Virus record (IMG/VR): IMGVR_UViG_3300029931_000011
Length of the DNA stretch: 64,000 bases
Origin: a virus
Reading direction: 5' to 3' (one strand)
The notes under the pieces are model-generated. The model saw only the letters and a program-made list of their open reading frames with translations, did not search any database and was not told the DNA's origin. Shown here one piece after another: positions 8,513 through 15,638 of this stretch; positions within the stretch are counted from its first letter, which is position 1; every line of letters begins with the position of its first letter. The position numbers and the translations under genes are program-made.

Positions 8513-9367
8513 TCAGGCCCCCTCCGTCGAAGCCGTCTGCTCGGCCGCGCACCTCTCGATGTCCTCCATCGCGCGCTCGTCGGTGGCGAAGAAGTGCGGC
8601 ACGCGACCGGTGCTCGCGCGGTAGATCATCGCGCCCGCTTGCTGCGATCCGCACTCGCGCTCCAGCGCGGCGCCGGCCGGGCCGGCGAAGTGGATCGCCC
8701 AGCCAGCGCGGCAGTGCGTCGTACCGCACACGCCGCCCGAACCGTGCCACTGCGACATGTCGAGCACGCCGCCCTTGACGGTGACGGCGTCGAGGATACG
8801 AGCGTCGAGATTCTCGACGACGGGAACGTTCGGGTGGCGCTCACGGTACCGCCGCGCACGCTCGGCGAGCACTTCGCGCGTCGGCTCCTGGCGCACGTAC
8901 GGCTCGGGCGGATCCGTCTTGTCGACGCCGCCTGGCAAGTTGATCGCGTCCGCGAGGTTGGCGTCCGCGAGGTTGGCGCCCGCGAGGTTGGCGCCCGCGA
9001 GGTCGGCGCGCGCGAGGTTGGCGTCCGCGAGGTCGGCGCCCGCGAGGTTGGCGCGCGCGAGGTTGGCGCCCGCGAGGTCGGCGCGCGCGAGGTTGGCGTC
9101 CGCGAGGTCGGCGCCCGCGAGGTTGGCGCCCGCGAGGTCGGCGCGCGCGAGGTTGGCGCCCGCGAGGTCGGCGCCCGCGAGGTTGGCGCCCGCGAGGTCG
9201 GCGCCCGCGAGGTCGGCGCCCGCGAGGTTGGCGCGCGATCCATCACCCTCGCCGTAGCGCCACGCTCGGTGCCTGGCTAGCACCTCGCTCAGCGCCTCGG
9301 CGAGTGAGGTGGCCGTATCGCTAGTGTAGAGCGCGACGTTCGTGAATCGGTTGCGGATGACGTACAT
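8513..9367 (-). CDS. Pentapeptide-repeat protein with a Cys/His-containing C-terminal domain
   Basis: C-terminal 284 aa (MYVIRNRFTN...) of track ORF 8513..9631. Has 19 consecutive A(N/D)LA(G/R/D) units (residues 46-140), then ...LDMSQWHGSGGVCGTTHCRAGWAIHF.... Confidence 0.8.
   Translation of the reverse strand: MYVIRNRFTNVALYTSDTATSLAEALSEVLARHRAWRYGEGDGSRANLAGADLAGADLAGANLAGADLAGANLARADLAGANLAGADLADANLARADLAGANLARANLAGADLADANLARADLAGANLAGANLADANLADAINLPGGVDKTDPPEPYVRQEPTREVLAERARRYRERHPNVPVVENLDARILDAVTVKGGVLDMSQWHGSGGVCGTTHCRAGWAIHFAGPAGAALERECGSQQAGAMIYRASTGRVPHFFATDERAMEDIERCAAEQTASTEGA
8948..9232 (-). repeat. 15-bp tandem DNA repeat array encoding the pentapeptide units
   Basis: The plus strand shows gcgaggttggcgccc / gcgaggtcggcgccc / gcgaggttggcgtcc units in tandem across this interval. 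The array is in frame with the coding sequence. Confidence 0.9.
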
Positions 9368-9369
9368 GA

Positions 9370-9912
9370 CTAGGCTGCCCCCTTCGGCGGAATCGGTCGG
9401 TCGTCGGCGCGCATCTCGTCGGCGATCTCGCCCAGGACGTTGCGCGCGTCGTTCACGTTGATCGATCGCTGGATGTGGTCGGCGAGCGCCTCGGGCGTCT
9501 CGCAGGTCGAGGCGGCTGCGGCGCGCTTGGCGTCGCGGGCGGCCATCGACTCGGCGATGTGGCGCCGCTGGCGAGCGAGTCGCGTGTCCAGCGGGATGAC
9601 GTCGGCGCCGGCGGCCGTGACGCACGGGCACCTCGCCCCCGCCTCACCGTCCCCGACCGACCGCTGCCGCGTGTACGGCCGCCCGTTGTCGTGCCACGTG
9701 ATGAGCCCACGGTCCTCGAGCGCCGCCCACGTCTCGAACACCGTGAGCACGCCGAGGTTGCAGCCGGCGGGGTCGTAGATGGCACCATCGACACGACGCC
9801 AGCCGAGGCGGGTGAGCACGTCGGGGAGGAGGTCGACGCTGGCGTTGACGGCGAGCGGGATCGTGGGGACGCCGCGGGGCGGCGCCGTCTTGCGCGTGCG
9901 GGTGCGGGTCAC
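9370..9912 (-). CDS. Hypothetical protein
   Basis: Track ORF 9370..10044 trimmed to GTG at 9912, giving a GTGA overlap with the upstream stop at 9909. Confidence 0.5.
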   Translation of the reverse strand: MTRTRTRKTAPPRGVPTIPLAVNASVDLLPDVLTRLGWRRVDGAIYDPAGCNLGVLTVFETWAALEDRGLITWHDNGRPYTRQRSVGDGEAGARCPCVTAAGADVIPLDTRLARQRRHIAESMAARDAKRAAAASTCETPEALADHIQRSINVNDARNVLGEIADEMRADDRPIPPKGAA

Positions 9913-10445
9913 GACGCCTTCGCCTCGCGCTCGACGACCGCATCCGGCAGCCGCGTGATCCGTCGCTGGTAGTGGTCGCGGTCGTGGACCGTCTCGCTCT
10001 CGCCGACCTCCAGGCCGCTCACGTCGTCGTACCCGATCCCCCACCGAGCGCCGTCGCCGCGGAGGAACTGGCCGAGCGTCGTTTCGTACGTCTCGATCGA
10101 CTCGTTCGCCTTGGGGTCGCCGGTCATGAGGGCGACCTCGATGCGAACGGCCAGATCGCGATCGATCTCGTCAGCCCTGCGCTCGTACCGCTCGATGTCG
10201 GCGCGGTCATCGTCCTTGAGCCGCTCGATCACCTCGGCGTCGGGCTGCGTGATGCACGCCAGCGCGCGATCGACGTGCGCACGGAGGTCGGACTCGCTCA
10301 CCGCGTACCTGGACGAGCGGAGGATCTCGGTGGTGCCGCCGATACGGCGCGACATCACGAGCGACGACGGGTACTGGCCCGACGCCACGCGGTCGCGCAG
10401 GCGCGCCGCCATGCGGCGGTAGGTGTCGGCGTCGATCGCCGCCAT
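9909..10445 (-). CDS. Hypothetical protein
   Basis: Track ORF 9909..10484 trimmed to Met14 (MAAIDADTYR...), giving a one-nt TGATG junction with the upstream gene. Confidence 0.55.
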   Translation of the reverse strand: MAAIDADTYRRMAARLRDRVASGQYPSSLVMSRRIGGTTEILRSSRYAVSESDLRAHVDRALACITQPDAEVIERLKDDDRADIERYERRADEIDRDLAVRIEVALMTGDPKANESIETYETTLGQFLRGDGARWGIGYDDVSGLEVGESETVHDRDHYQRRITRLPDAVVEREAKAS

Positions 10446-11053
10446 CACACGCCTCCCTGCCGCATCGACTGCTCGCGGAGCCACTCGTCAGCGACCTCGC
10501 GGAGCGAGAGCACCGGGATCTTGATCGTCGTCGGCTCCGTCGCGCCCTCGCGGAACGCCAGCCACTCGCGGGCCCTCGTCAGGTTCTCGGCGGCGACCGT
10601 GGCGACATCGCGCCCCTCGACCTCCTCCGTGATGATCTCGGCGAGCTCGCCGAACGCGAAGTGTGACTCGGCGAGCTCCTGCCCGCCGACCACCGACCAG
10701 TCGTCGTGGCGTCCCTGGCGGGCGAACTCGGTGACGCGCACCGTGGCGCCGTCGAGCGAGTAGGCGACGCGGTAGCTGTGGCCGTAGGTGTCGCAGTAGT
10801 CCGGCTCGATCGAGAGGATGTGGAGGCCCTCGGCCTCGTCGGCGTCCTCGATCTCGCCGCAGCCATCTTTGTGGAACGCGACGCCGCCGCACTCACTGCA
10901 CGCCGGCCCCCAATGCGAGGCGCCGCAGGTGGTGCAGCAGCAGTAGCAGGGGAAGGGTGAGACGGACTGCCCGACGCCGCCCGGCGAAGGCTCGGAGGGG
11001 GTTGCCGTTGACCCGGCCGAGACCGGGGAACCTGCGAGCGGGGCGTCGAGCAT
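10445..11053 (-). CDS. First gene of the leftward early operon; Cys-rich N-terminus
   Basis: Track ORF of 202 aa. Contains CYCCCTTCGASHWGPACSECGG. The ATG at 11053 directly abuts an operator/promoter and no Shine-Dalgarno sequence is visible. Confidence 0.6.
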   Translation of the reverse strand: MLDAPLAGSPVSAGSTATPSEPSPGGVGQSVSPFPCYCCCTTCGASHWGPACSECGGVAFHKDGCGEIEDADEAEGLHILSIEPDYCDTYGHSYRVAYSLDGATVRVTEFARQGRHDDWSVVGGQELAESHFAFGELAEIITEEVEGRDVATVAAENLTRAREWLAFREGATEPTTIKIPVLSLREVADEWLREQSMRQGGV

Positions 11054-11113
11054 GTCCGCACAGTATGCGGACTCGACTCGTATGTCAACTCGAAATCCGC
11101 ACAGAGTGCGGAT
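11054..11113 (-). promoter_or_regulatory. Leftward early promoter (PL-like) with two palindromic operators
   Basis: The minus strand reads ATCCGCACTCTGTGCGGAT-TTCGAG-TTGACA-(17 nt)-TACTGT-GCGGAC-ATG. The -35 box is at 11083-11088 and the -10 box at 11060-11065. Operators are at 11054-11072 and 11095-11113 (TCCGCA-N5-TGCGGA). Confidence 0.6.
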
Positions 11114-11122
11114 TGCCGAATG

Positions 11123-11368
11123 CTAGGCTGACCCCCTGGTGACGCGGCGGCTGAAGAGTGCCTTGAGGGCCGGCACCTTGCGCGGGGCTGTCCGTCGCAC
11201 GCTCTCCGCCATCCTCCTCACCACCGCCAACGCCTCATCGTGAAGCTCAGGGTTTGCGTCGCGAATCTCGCGGGCGAGCTCGCGCCATTCGACGCTGTCT
11301 CCGCTACCGCCGAGACTGAGAGTGTCGCTGCTTTCCTCTGGGGGTGGTGGCTGGTCCGGGCTGTTCAT
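11123..11368 (-). CDS. Hypothetical 81-aa protein downstream of the repressor gene
   Basis: Track ORF, GC3-rich. It overlaps the 3' end of the repressor ORF in another frame. It lies between the repressor and PL, the position rexAB occupies in lambda. Confidence 0.5.
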   Translation of the reverse strand: MNSPDQPPPPEESSDTLSLGGSGDSVEWRELAREIRDANPELHDEALAVVRRMAESVRRTAPRKVPALKALFSRRVTRGSA

Positions 11369-11816
11369 CGTCTGCCGATGTTACCGGCGCGGACTGACTG
11401 AGATGCGCTCGAAGCAGGGCTGTGAGATCTCGCAGTTCGGCCACTCCCGGCGAGGTTTCGGCAGCTTCGAGCCGACGACGAAAGACAGAGGCGTCTTCGG
11501 GGCCATCGAACACCACGTAGAAGCCCGGCGGCTCGATCTCCAGGGCTTCCGAGACGGCTAGTGCAACATCCCACACGACGTTCTTCCCATCGAGGCACCT
11601 CTGGATCCGCTCATCATTCACGAGCGGCCACTGCTGATGGTCGACAAGGGAGTCGAGGTAGCGCCAGCCCGGCTTGCGGGCGCCGGCCTTCTGTCGCTTC
11701 TCCTCTAGGCGTTCGCGGGCGAGCTTCACCCACCAGTGGCTGAGAAGATCCTCGGCGCCCTCCGGTTTTTTTATCGGCACGGCGGCCTCGCGCGAACCGT
11801 CGGATCTCGCTGGCAT
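11304..11816 (-). CDS. CI-like repressor candidate
   Basis: C-terminal 170 aa (MPARSDGSRE...) of track ORF 11304..12275. HTH-like segment IQRCLDGKNVVWDVALAVSEALEIEP. Divergent from the Cro-like gene, with two operators between them. Confidence 0.5.
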   Translation of the reverse strand: MPARSDGSREAAVPIKKPEGAEDLLSHWWVKLARERLEEKRQKAGARKPGWRYLDSLVDHQQWPLVNDERIQRCLDGKNVVWDVALAVSEALEIEPPGFYVVFDGPEDASVFRRRLEAAETSPGVAELRDLTALLRAHLSQSAPVTSADDEQPGPATTPRGKQRHSQSRR

Positions 11817-11841
11817 TCGCAGCCACGGTAGCAGTGACGAC

Positions 11842-11904
11842 GTCCGCACTGGATGCGGATTCGAGGCTCGTGCGACTTGACGCGAATCCGCACATAGTGC
11901 AGAG
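11842..11904. promoter_or_regulatory. Divergent repressor/cro control region with two operators
   Basis: GTCCGCACTGGATGCGGAT at 11842-11860 and ATCCGCACATAGTGCAGAG at 11886-11904; the second has a degenerate right half-site. TTGACG at 11877-11882 lies 17 nt upstream of CAGAGT at 11900-11905. Confidence 0.55.
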
Positions 11905-11914
11905 TCGTCACGCC

Positions 11915-12124
11915 ATGTCCAAGCCGATTCATCGTCAGCTCCTAGAGGCGGTCGAAGCGCAGGGGTTGACCTGGGATCAGGTGATTCGCCTGGCTGCGCT
12001 GAAGTGCTCGGCGGACTCCATCTCGCGAAAGCTGCGCGGGAAGCAGTCGCTCCGAGCGAAGGAGATCGAGTCGCTCGCGAAGGCATTGAGGATCCAGGTC
12101 GTCGCCGGCCGCGAGGCGGCCTGA
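11915..12124 (+). CDS. cro: Cro-like HTH regulator
   Basis: Track ORF 11834..12124 trimmed to Met28. MSKPIHRQLLEAVEAQGLTWDQVIRLAALKCSADSISRKLRGKQSLRAKEIESLAKAL is an XRE-type HTH. Divergent from the repressor candidate. Confidence 0.7.
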   Translation: MSKPIHRQLLEAVEAQGLTWDQVIRLAALKCSADSISRKLRGKQSLRAKEIESLAKALRIQVVAGREAA

Positions 12125-12129
12125 TGCGC

Positions 12130-12717
12130 TCACCTTCGCTCGCACTTCCCGATCCCCTCGTACCCGAGGTCTGCCCGCATTTTCTCGCACCGCTCCAGGG
12201 TGGAAAAGCAGTTGGGCGCCCCATCCTCGATGCGGAAGCAGAACTCTTCGAGGGGTTCGGGGGACGGCGGTGCAACGGACGGGGCGGGATCGGGCGTGCG
12301 AGTGCCCGCCGCTACCTCGGCCGCGATGGCCTCGGCCGTTGCGCTGAGACCGGCCTCTTGCTGTTCGCAGCGTCGGATGGTCGGCTGGCCGGGCTTCGTC
12401 GAGGCGCCGTACTTCGGCACGACAACCTCGCGGCACACGCTGTCAACGACGACGTCGCCATTGACGTAGAACACGGCCCATCGGACGGCCTGCCCGTTCC
12501 ACTGGCGCCACGCCGTGATGATCGGCGCGGTCGCGCCGTACGCGGCGCCAGCGCCGGGATCGATGACGGGCTCGAGCCCCTGCTCGACCATGGCCTGGTA
12601 GGCGCGTCGCATCCCGTCGGGGTCGGCGGATCGCCGGGCTGGCGTGAACGGCTCCGTCTTCGGTGGCGTCGCGCAGGCGCACGTCGCTACCACGATCAGC
12701 ATCGCGGTCTTCCCCAT
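12130..12717 (-). CDS. Secreted or membrane-anchored protein, possible lipoprotein
   Basis: Track ORF 12130..12930, with the start placed at Met72 (MGKTAMLIVVATCACATPP). This gives a signal-like hydrophobic stretch with Cys, but the lipobox VATC is weak. The longer start at 12930 cannot be excluded. Convergent with cro across a 5-bp gap. Confidence 0.55.
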   Translation of the reverse strand: MGKTAMLIVVATCACATPPKTEPFTPARRSADPDGMRRAYQAMVEQGLEPVIDPGAGAAYGATAPIITAWRQWNGQAVRWAVFYVNGDVVVDSVCREVVVPKYGASTKPGQPTIRRCEQQEAGLSATAEAIAAEVAAGTRTPDPAPSVAPPSPEPLEEFCFRIEDGAPNCFSTLERCEKMRADLGYEGIGKCERR

Positions 12718-12950
12718 GTCTCCATCCTCGCCGACCTCGGCGCCGTCGTCGAGGCTCACACCGGGCGGGTGAACCAGCTCGCGCTCCTCTCTCCAGTCGA
12801 GGCAGCCCCAGATATCGCTGCCCACGAGGGCATCGAAACTCTCGGCGCTGATTCGTTCGCTGCTCACGAATCCACAGTCTGTCCTCAGGCCGCCGGTGTC
12901 ACCGAACATCGCGGAACGGTCGCTTATCACCTCTGTTCGGCGGTGCGCGC

Positions 12951-13358
12951 ATGACCCGAGAGTTGTTCGAGAAGAACACGGATCCGGTCGTCCGCCGTCA
13001 CAACCACGACGAGGCCGAGCGGAAGTGTCTCCGCGTCCTGTCGGACATCGCCGATCAGCAGGGGCTCGACGTCTGCGCGGCAGCAGCGGGGATGGCCGGG
13101 CCGAACTTGCGCCAGGCGCTCGACGCCAAGCCCGGCCGCCACCTCGGCCAGCGCCAGCGCGTCGCGATCCTCGACCTCGGCAGCGACGAGCAGCGCACCG
13201 CGTACGCCAACCTGATGCTGCGCGCGTGGGCGAAGAAGACCGCGCCGCTTCGTGAGCGGACGGTCGAGGAGCGGCTGCGGGATTTGGAGTTCGCCGTCGC
13301 CGCCCGCTTCGGCGAGGCCGGCGTCGAGCTCGTCGAGCAGGAGAGGAGCCGGCCGTGA
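12951..13358 (+). CDS. Hypothetical early protein
   Basis: Track ORF of 135 aa. GC3-rich. GTGA overlap with the next gene. Confidence 0.6.
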   Translation: MTRELFEKNTDPVVRRHNHDEAERKCLRVLSDIADQQGLDVCAAAAGMAGPNLRQALDAKPGRHLGQRQRVAILDLGSDEQRTAYANLMLRAWAKKTAPLRERTVEERLRDLEFAVAARFGEAGVELVEQERSRP

Positions 13359-13993
13359 CCCGGCCCTTCTTCTTCGTCCCCGGCGCCTACGCACGGTCGG
13401 CGCCGTTCGCTGACGAACCGTACAGCGACGGGCTGCTAGCGATCGACGCGGACATCGCTGACGTTGCGCTCGCGTGCGATGCGGCCCCTGTCGGGGTTGA
13501 GCCGGCCGAGCCTCCCGAGGTCCCCGACGTGACGGCGTACGCGGCGATCACCGTCGCCGTGCGCGAGTGCCTCAAACCGCGCGCCCGAGCGATACTGCTT
13601 CTCTACTTCGTCCACGGCGTCGGCGCAGTCGAGATCGCCAAGCGGTTCGGCATCTCCCATCAAGCGGTGCGCATGTCACTCGACGCCTCCATCGCGAAGC
13701 TGCGCCGTCACCGTGCCGTGGCAGCCGTACGTCGCGGTCATCCGCTGTCGCGTGTGCGCCCATGTCGCCCGAGCGCGATGACTCGCGAGCAGGTGCGATC
13801 CATCAACGAGCGGATCGCGCGCGTCCTCGGCCCGACGCCGCGATACGCGATGTCGGCATACCAGCACTACGTCTCGGACGAGGCCCGCACAGATCGCCCG
13901 CGCTGGAAGTTTCAGCGCGAGAAGGCACGCCAGCGGAAGCAGGATCGCGTGCGGCAGGTCATCGAGCGGCATCTCGCGCAGAGGGCCGTTTGA
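13355..13993 (+). CDS. Sigma-70 region-4-like HTH protein
   Basis: Track ORF of 212 aa. LKPRARAILLLYFVHGVGAVEIAKRFGISHQAVRMSLDASIAKLRR matches the region 4.2 pattern. Confidence 0.6.
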   Translation: MTRPFFFVPGAYARSAPFADEPYSDGLLAIDADIADVALACDAAPVGVEPAEPPEVPDVTAYAAITVAVRECLKPRARAILLLYFVHGVGAVEIAKRFGISHQAVRMSLDASIAKLRRHRAVAAVRRGHPLSRVRPCRPSAMTREQVRSINERIARVLGPTPRYAMSAYQHYVSDEARTDRPRWKFQREKARQRKQDRVRQVIERHLAQRAV

Positions 13994-14391
13994 TGTCCAA
14001 GCTCTCGCGCCACTCCTCGCGGAACGTGCCGCTGGCGAAGCCGCGCGCGTGCGCCAAGTGCGGCAGCCCGTTCCACAGCCTGTGCCCGCGCGACCGCACG
14101 CCGATCGAGCGAACCACCCGCGTGAACCCTCGGCGTGAGGAGCCCCGACGCTCCGAGCGCGAGCGCAACGCCAACTACCTCGCGTGGGTCCACACGCAGC
14201 CGTGCTGCGCCGTCGGCCTACCGGGCCACGTCTGCGGCGGCCGCATCGAGGCCGACCACGCGGGCGAGCGTCCGCTCGGGCGCAAGGCCGACGACGACAC
14301 GTGCATCGCGATTTGCAGCCAGGGGCACCGCGAGCGCACCGACTTCTCGGGACCGTTCAAGACGTGGAGCCGCGACGAGATGCGCGCGTGA
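13993..14391 (+). CDS. DUF968/Ref-like HNH-type nuclease candidate
   Basis: C-terminal 132 aa (MSKLSRHSSR...) of track ORF 13567..14391. Contains NYLAWVHTQPCCAVGLPGHVCGGRIEADHAG...DDDTCIAICSQGHRE. Confidence 0.5.
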   Translation: MSKLSRHSSRNVPLAKPRACAKCGSPFHSLCPRDRTPIERTTRVNPRREEPRRSERERNANYLAWVHTQPCCAVGLPGHVCGGRIEADHAGERPLGRKADDDTCIAICSQGHRERTDFSGPFKTWSRDEMRA

Positions 14392-14537
14392 TCGTCCTCG
14401 CCGTCTCGCTCCTCATCGCCGTCATGAGCTCGCCCCACAGCCGCGAGCAGACGCCCTGGCCGTGGTTCGCGTGGGCGCTCGCCATCACGGCGGTCGTCAC
14501 GGGGATCGTGATGCTCGAGAGGGGTGCGCCGTGGTGA
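14388..14537 (+). CDS. Small membrane protein (49 aa)
   Basis: Tail of track ORF 14184..14537 from GTG, with a GTGA overlap. Two hydrophobic segments: VIVLAVSLLIAV and WFAWALAITAVVTGIV. Confidence 0.45.
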   Translation: MIVLAVSLLIAVMSSPHSREQTPWPWFAWALAITAVVTGIVMLERGAPW

Positions 14538-14719
14538 CCGCCGCCCTTCTCGTCATCCTCTTCGCCGCCGTCTGGCGCGTCCCGCGTCTCACGGTGCAGC
14601 GTGGAGTCGAGCTGCGCGCACCTGGCGCCGTCGCCGCCCTCGCGCTGTTTCTCGGGTGGGCGCTCGTCTGCGCGTCGATCGCCGGCGCCGCCGTCGTCTG
14701 CGCGGAGGGATGGCCATGA
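14534..14719 (+). CDS. Small membrane protein (61 aa)
   Basis: Tail of track ORF 14135..14719 from GTG, with a GTGA overlap. Hydrophobic segments TAALLVILFAAV and AVAALALFLGWALVCASIAGAAVV. Confidence 0.45.
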   Translation: MTAALLVILFAAVWRVPRLTVQRGVELRAPGAVAALALFLGWALVCASIAGAAVVCAEGWP

Positions 14720-15030
14720 CCGCGCTCGTCGTCACCTTCGCCATCCTCATCGCGATCGCCATGAGCGGGTACGCGCTCTGGTGCATGGTCCGCCATCATC
14801 GGACGAGGACCGACTGGAATCCGCTCGGGCGCGACCGCGCCGCGCGCATGTCGCTCCTCGGCACGATGCCGTGCGTCGACTGCCTCGGCGACCTCGGCCA
14901 GTGCCGGCCGTGGTGCGTGCGCGCCGGCGGACGCGGCGACAACCTGCAGGGCGACCGCGACTCGAGGCGCGTTGACGACCAGGATCGCCAGGTCGCGCGC
15001 CGCACGCGGCGCAGGGCGGTGGCGGCGTGA
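14716..15030 (+). CDS. Membrane-anchored small protein (104 aa)
   Basis: Tail of track ORF 14524..15030 from Met65, with an ATGA overlap. N-terminal TM segment TALVVTFAILIAIAMSGYALWCMV, then CVDCLGDLGQCRPWC. Confidence 0.5.
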   Translation: MTALVVTFAILIAIAMSGYALWCMVRHHRTRTDWNPLGRDRAARMSLLGTMPCVDCLGDLGQCRPWCVRAGGRGDNLQGDRDSRRVDDQDRQVARRTRRRAVAA

Positions 15031-15638
15031 CCCGCCCCATCGTCCTCCTCGATGTCGACGGCCCGCTCGCGCTGTTCGTCGAGGCGTGCCAGGCCGAGCT
15101 CGCCGGCCACGGCGTCTACCGCGAGGCTGCCGCCGTCAAAACGTTCCGTCTCGAGGAGGCGTGGAGCCTGTCGCCCGACCAGAAGCAGATCCTCGCGCGC
15201 GCCTACAAGCGTCCAGGGTTCTGCGCTGGCATCGCGCCGCGCGAGAAAGCGCGAGAAGCCGTCGAGCGCCTGCGCGGCATCGCCGACGTCTACGCGGTCA
15301 CCGCGCCGATGTGGAGCGGGCCGACGTGGCAGCACGAGCGCACCGAGTGGCTCGTCGATCACTTCGGGTTCCAGCGCGACCACGTCGTTTCGACGTCGGC
15401 AAAGTACCTCGTCGGCGGCGACGTGCTCGTCGACGATCGCGCCGAGACGCTGGTGATGTGGGAGCGACACGGGCGGGCGTCTGGTGTCGGCGTGCTGTGG
15501 GCGATGCCGCACAACTTCAACGCGTGGGCCAACGGCGAGTGGGACGGCGACCGGACTAGCGACTGGCAGGTCGTGATCAACCTGGCCGAGCGACTGGCAG
15601 GCGCGCGCGATCCGCAGGAGGCGACGCGTCGTGCGTGA
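15027..15638 (+). CDS. 5'(3')-deoxyribonucleotidase (HAD superfamily)
   Basis: Track ORF of 203 aa. The N-terminal LLDVDGPLA is HAD motif I. Overall length and layout fit the NT5C-type phage nucleotidases. Confidence 0.65.
   Translation: MTRPIVLLDVDGPLALFVEACQAELAGHGVYREAAAVKTFRLEEAWSLSPDQKQILARAYKRPGFCAGIAPREKAREAVERLRGIADVYAVTAPMWSGPTWQHERTEWLVDHFGFQRDHVVSTSAKYLVGGDVLVDDRAETLVMWERHGRASGVGVLWAMPHNFNAWANGEWDGDRTSDWQVVINLAERLAGARDPQEATRRA

Noticed and set aside
8948-9232. A regular 15-bp tandem repeat that superficially looks like a repeat array (CRISPR or satellite).
   Set aside because: There are no spacers. The units are contiguous, in frame, and encode A(N/D)LA(G/R/D) pentapeptides inside a clear ORF.
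12718-12930. A 71-codon N-terminal extension of the membrane/lipoprotein ORF, with the start at 12930.
   Set aside because: It would put the hydrophobic signal-like segment mid-protein and leave only 20 bp for divergent promoters before 12951. It is not excluded, because the extension is GC3-rich and has no in-frame stop.
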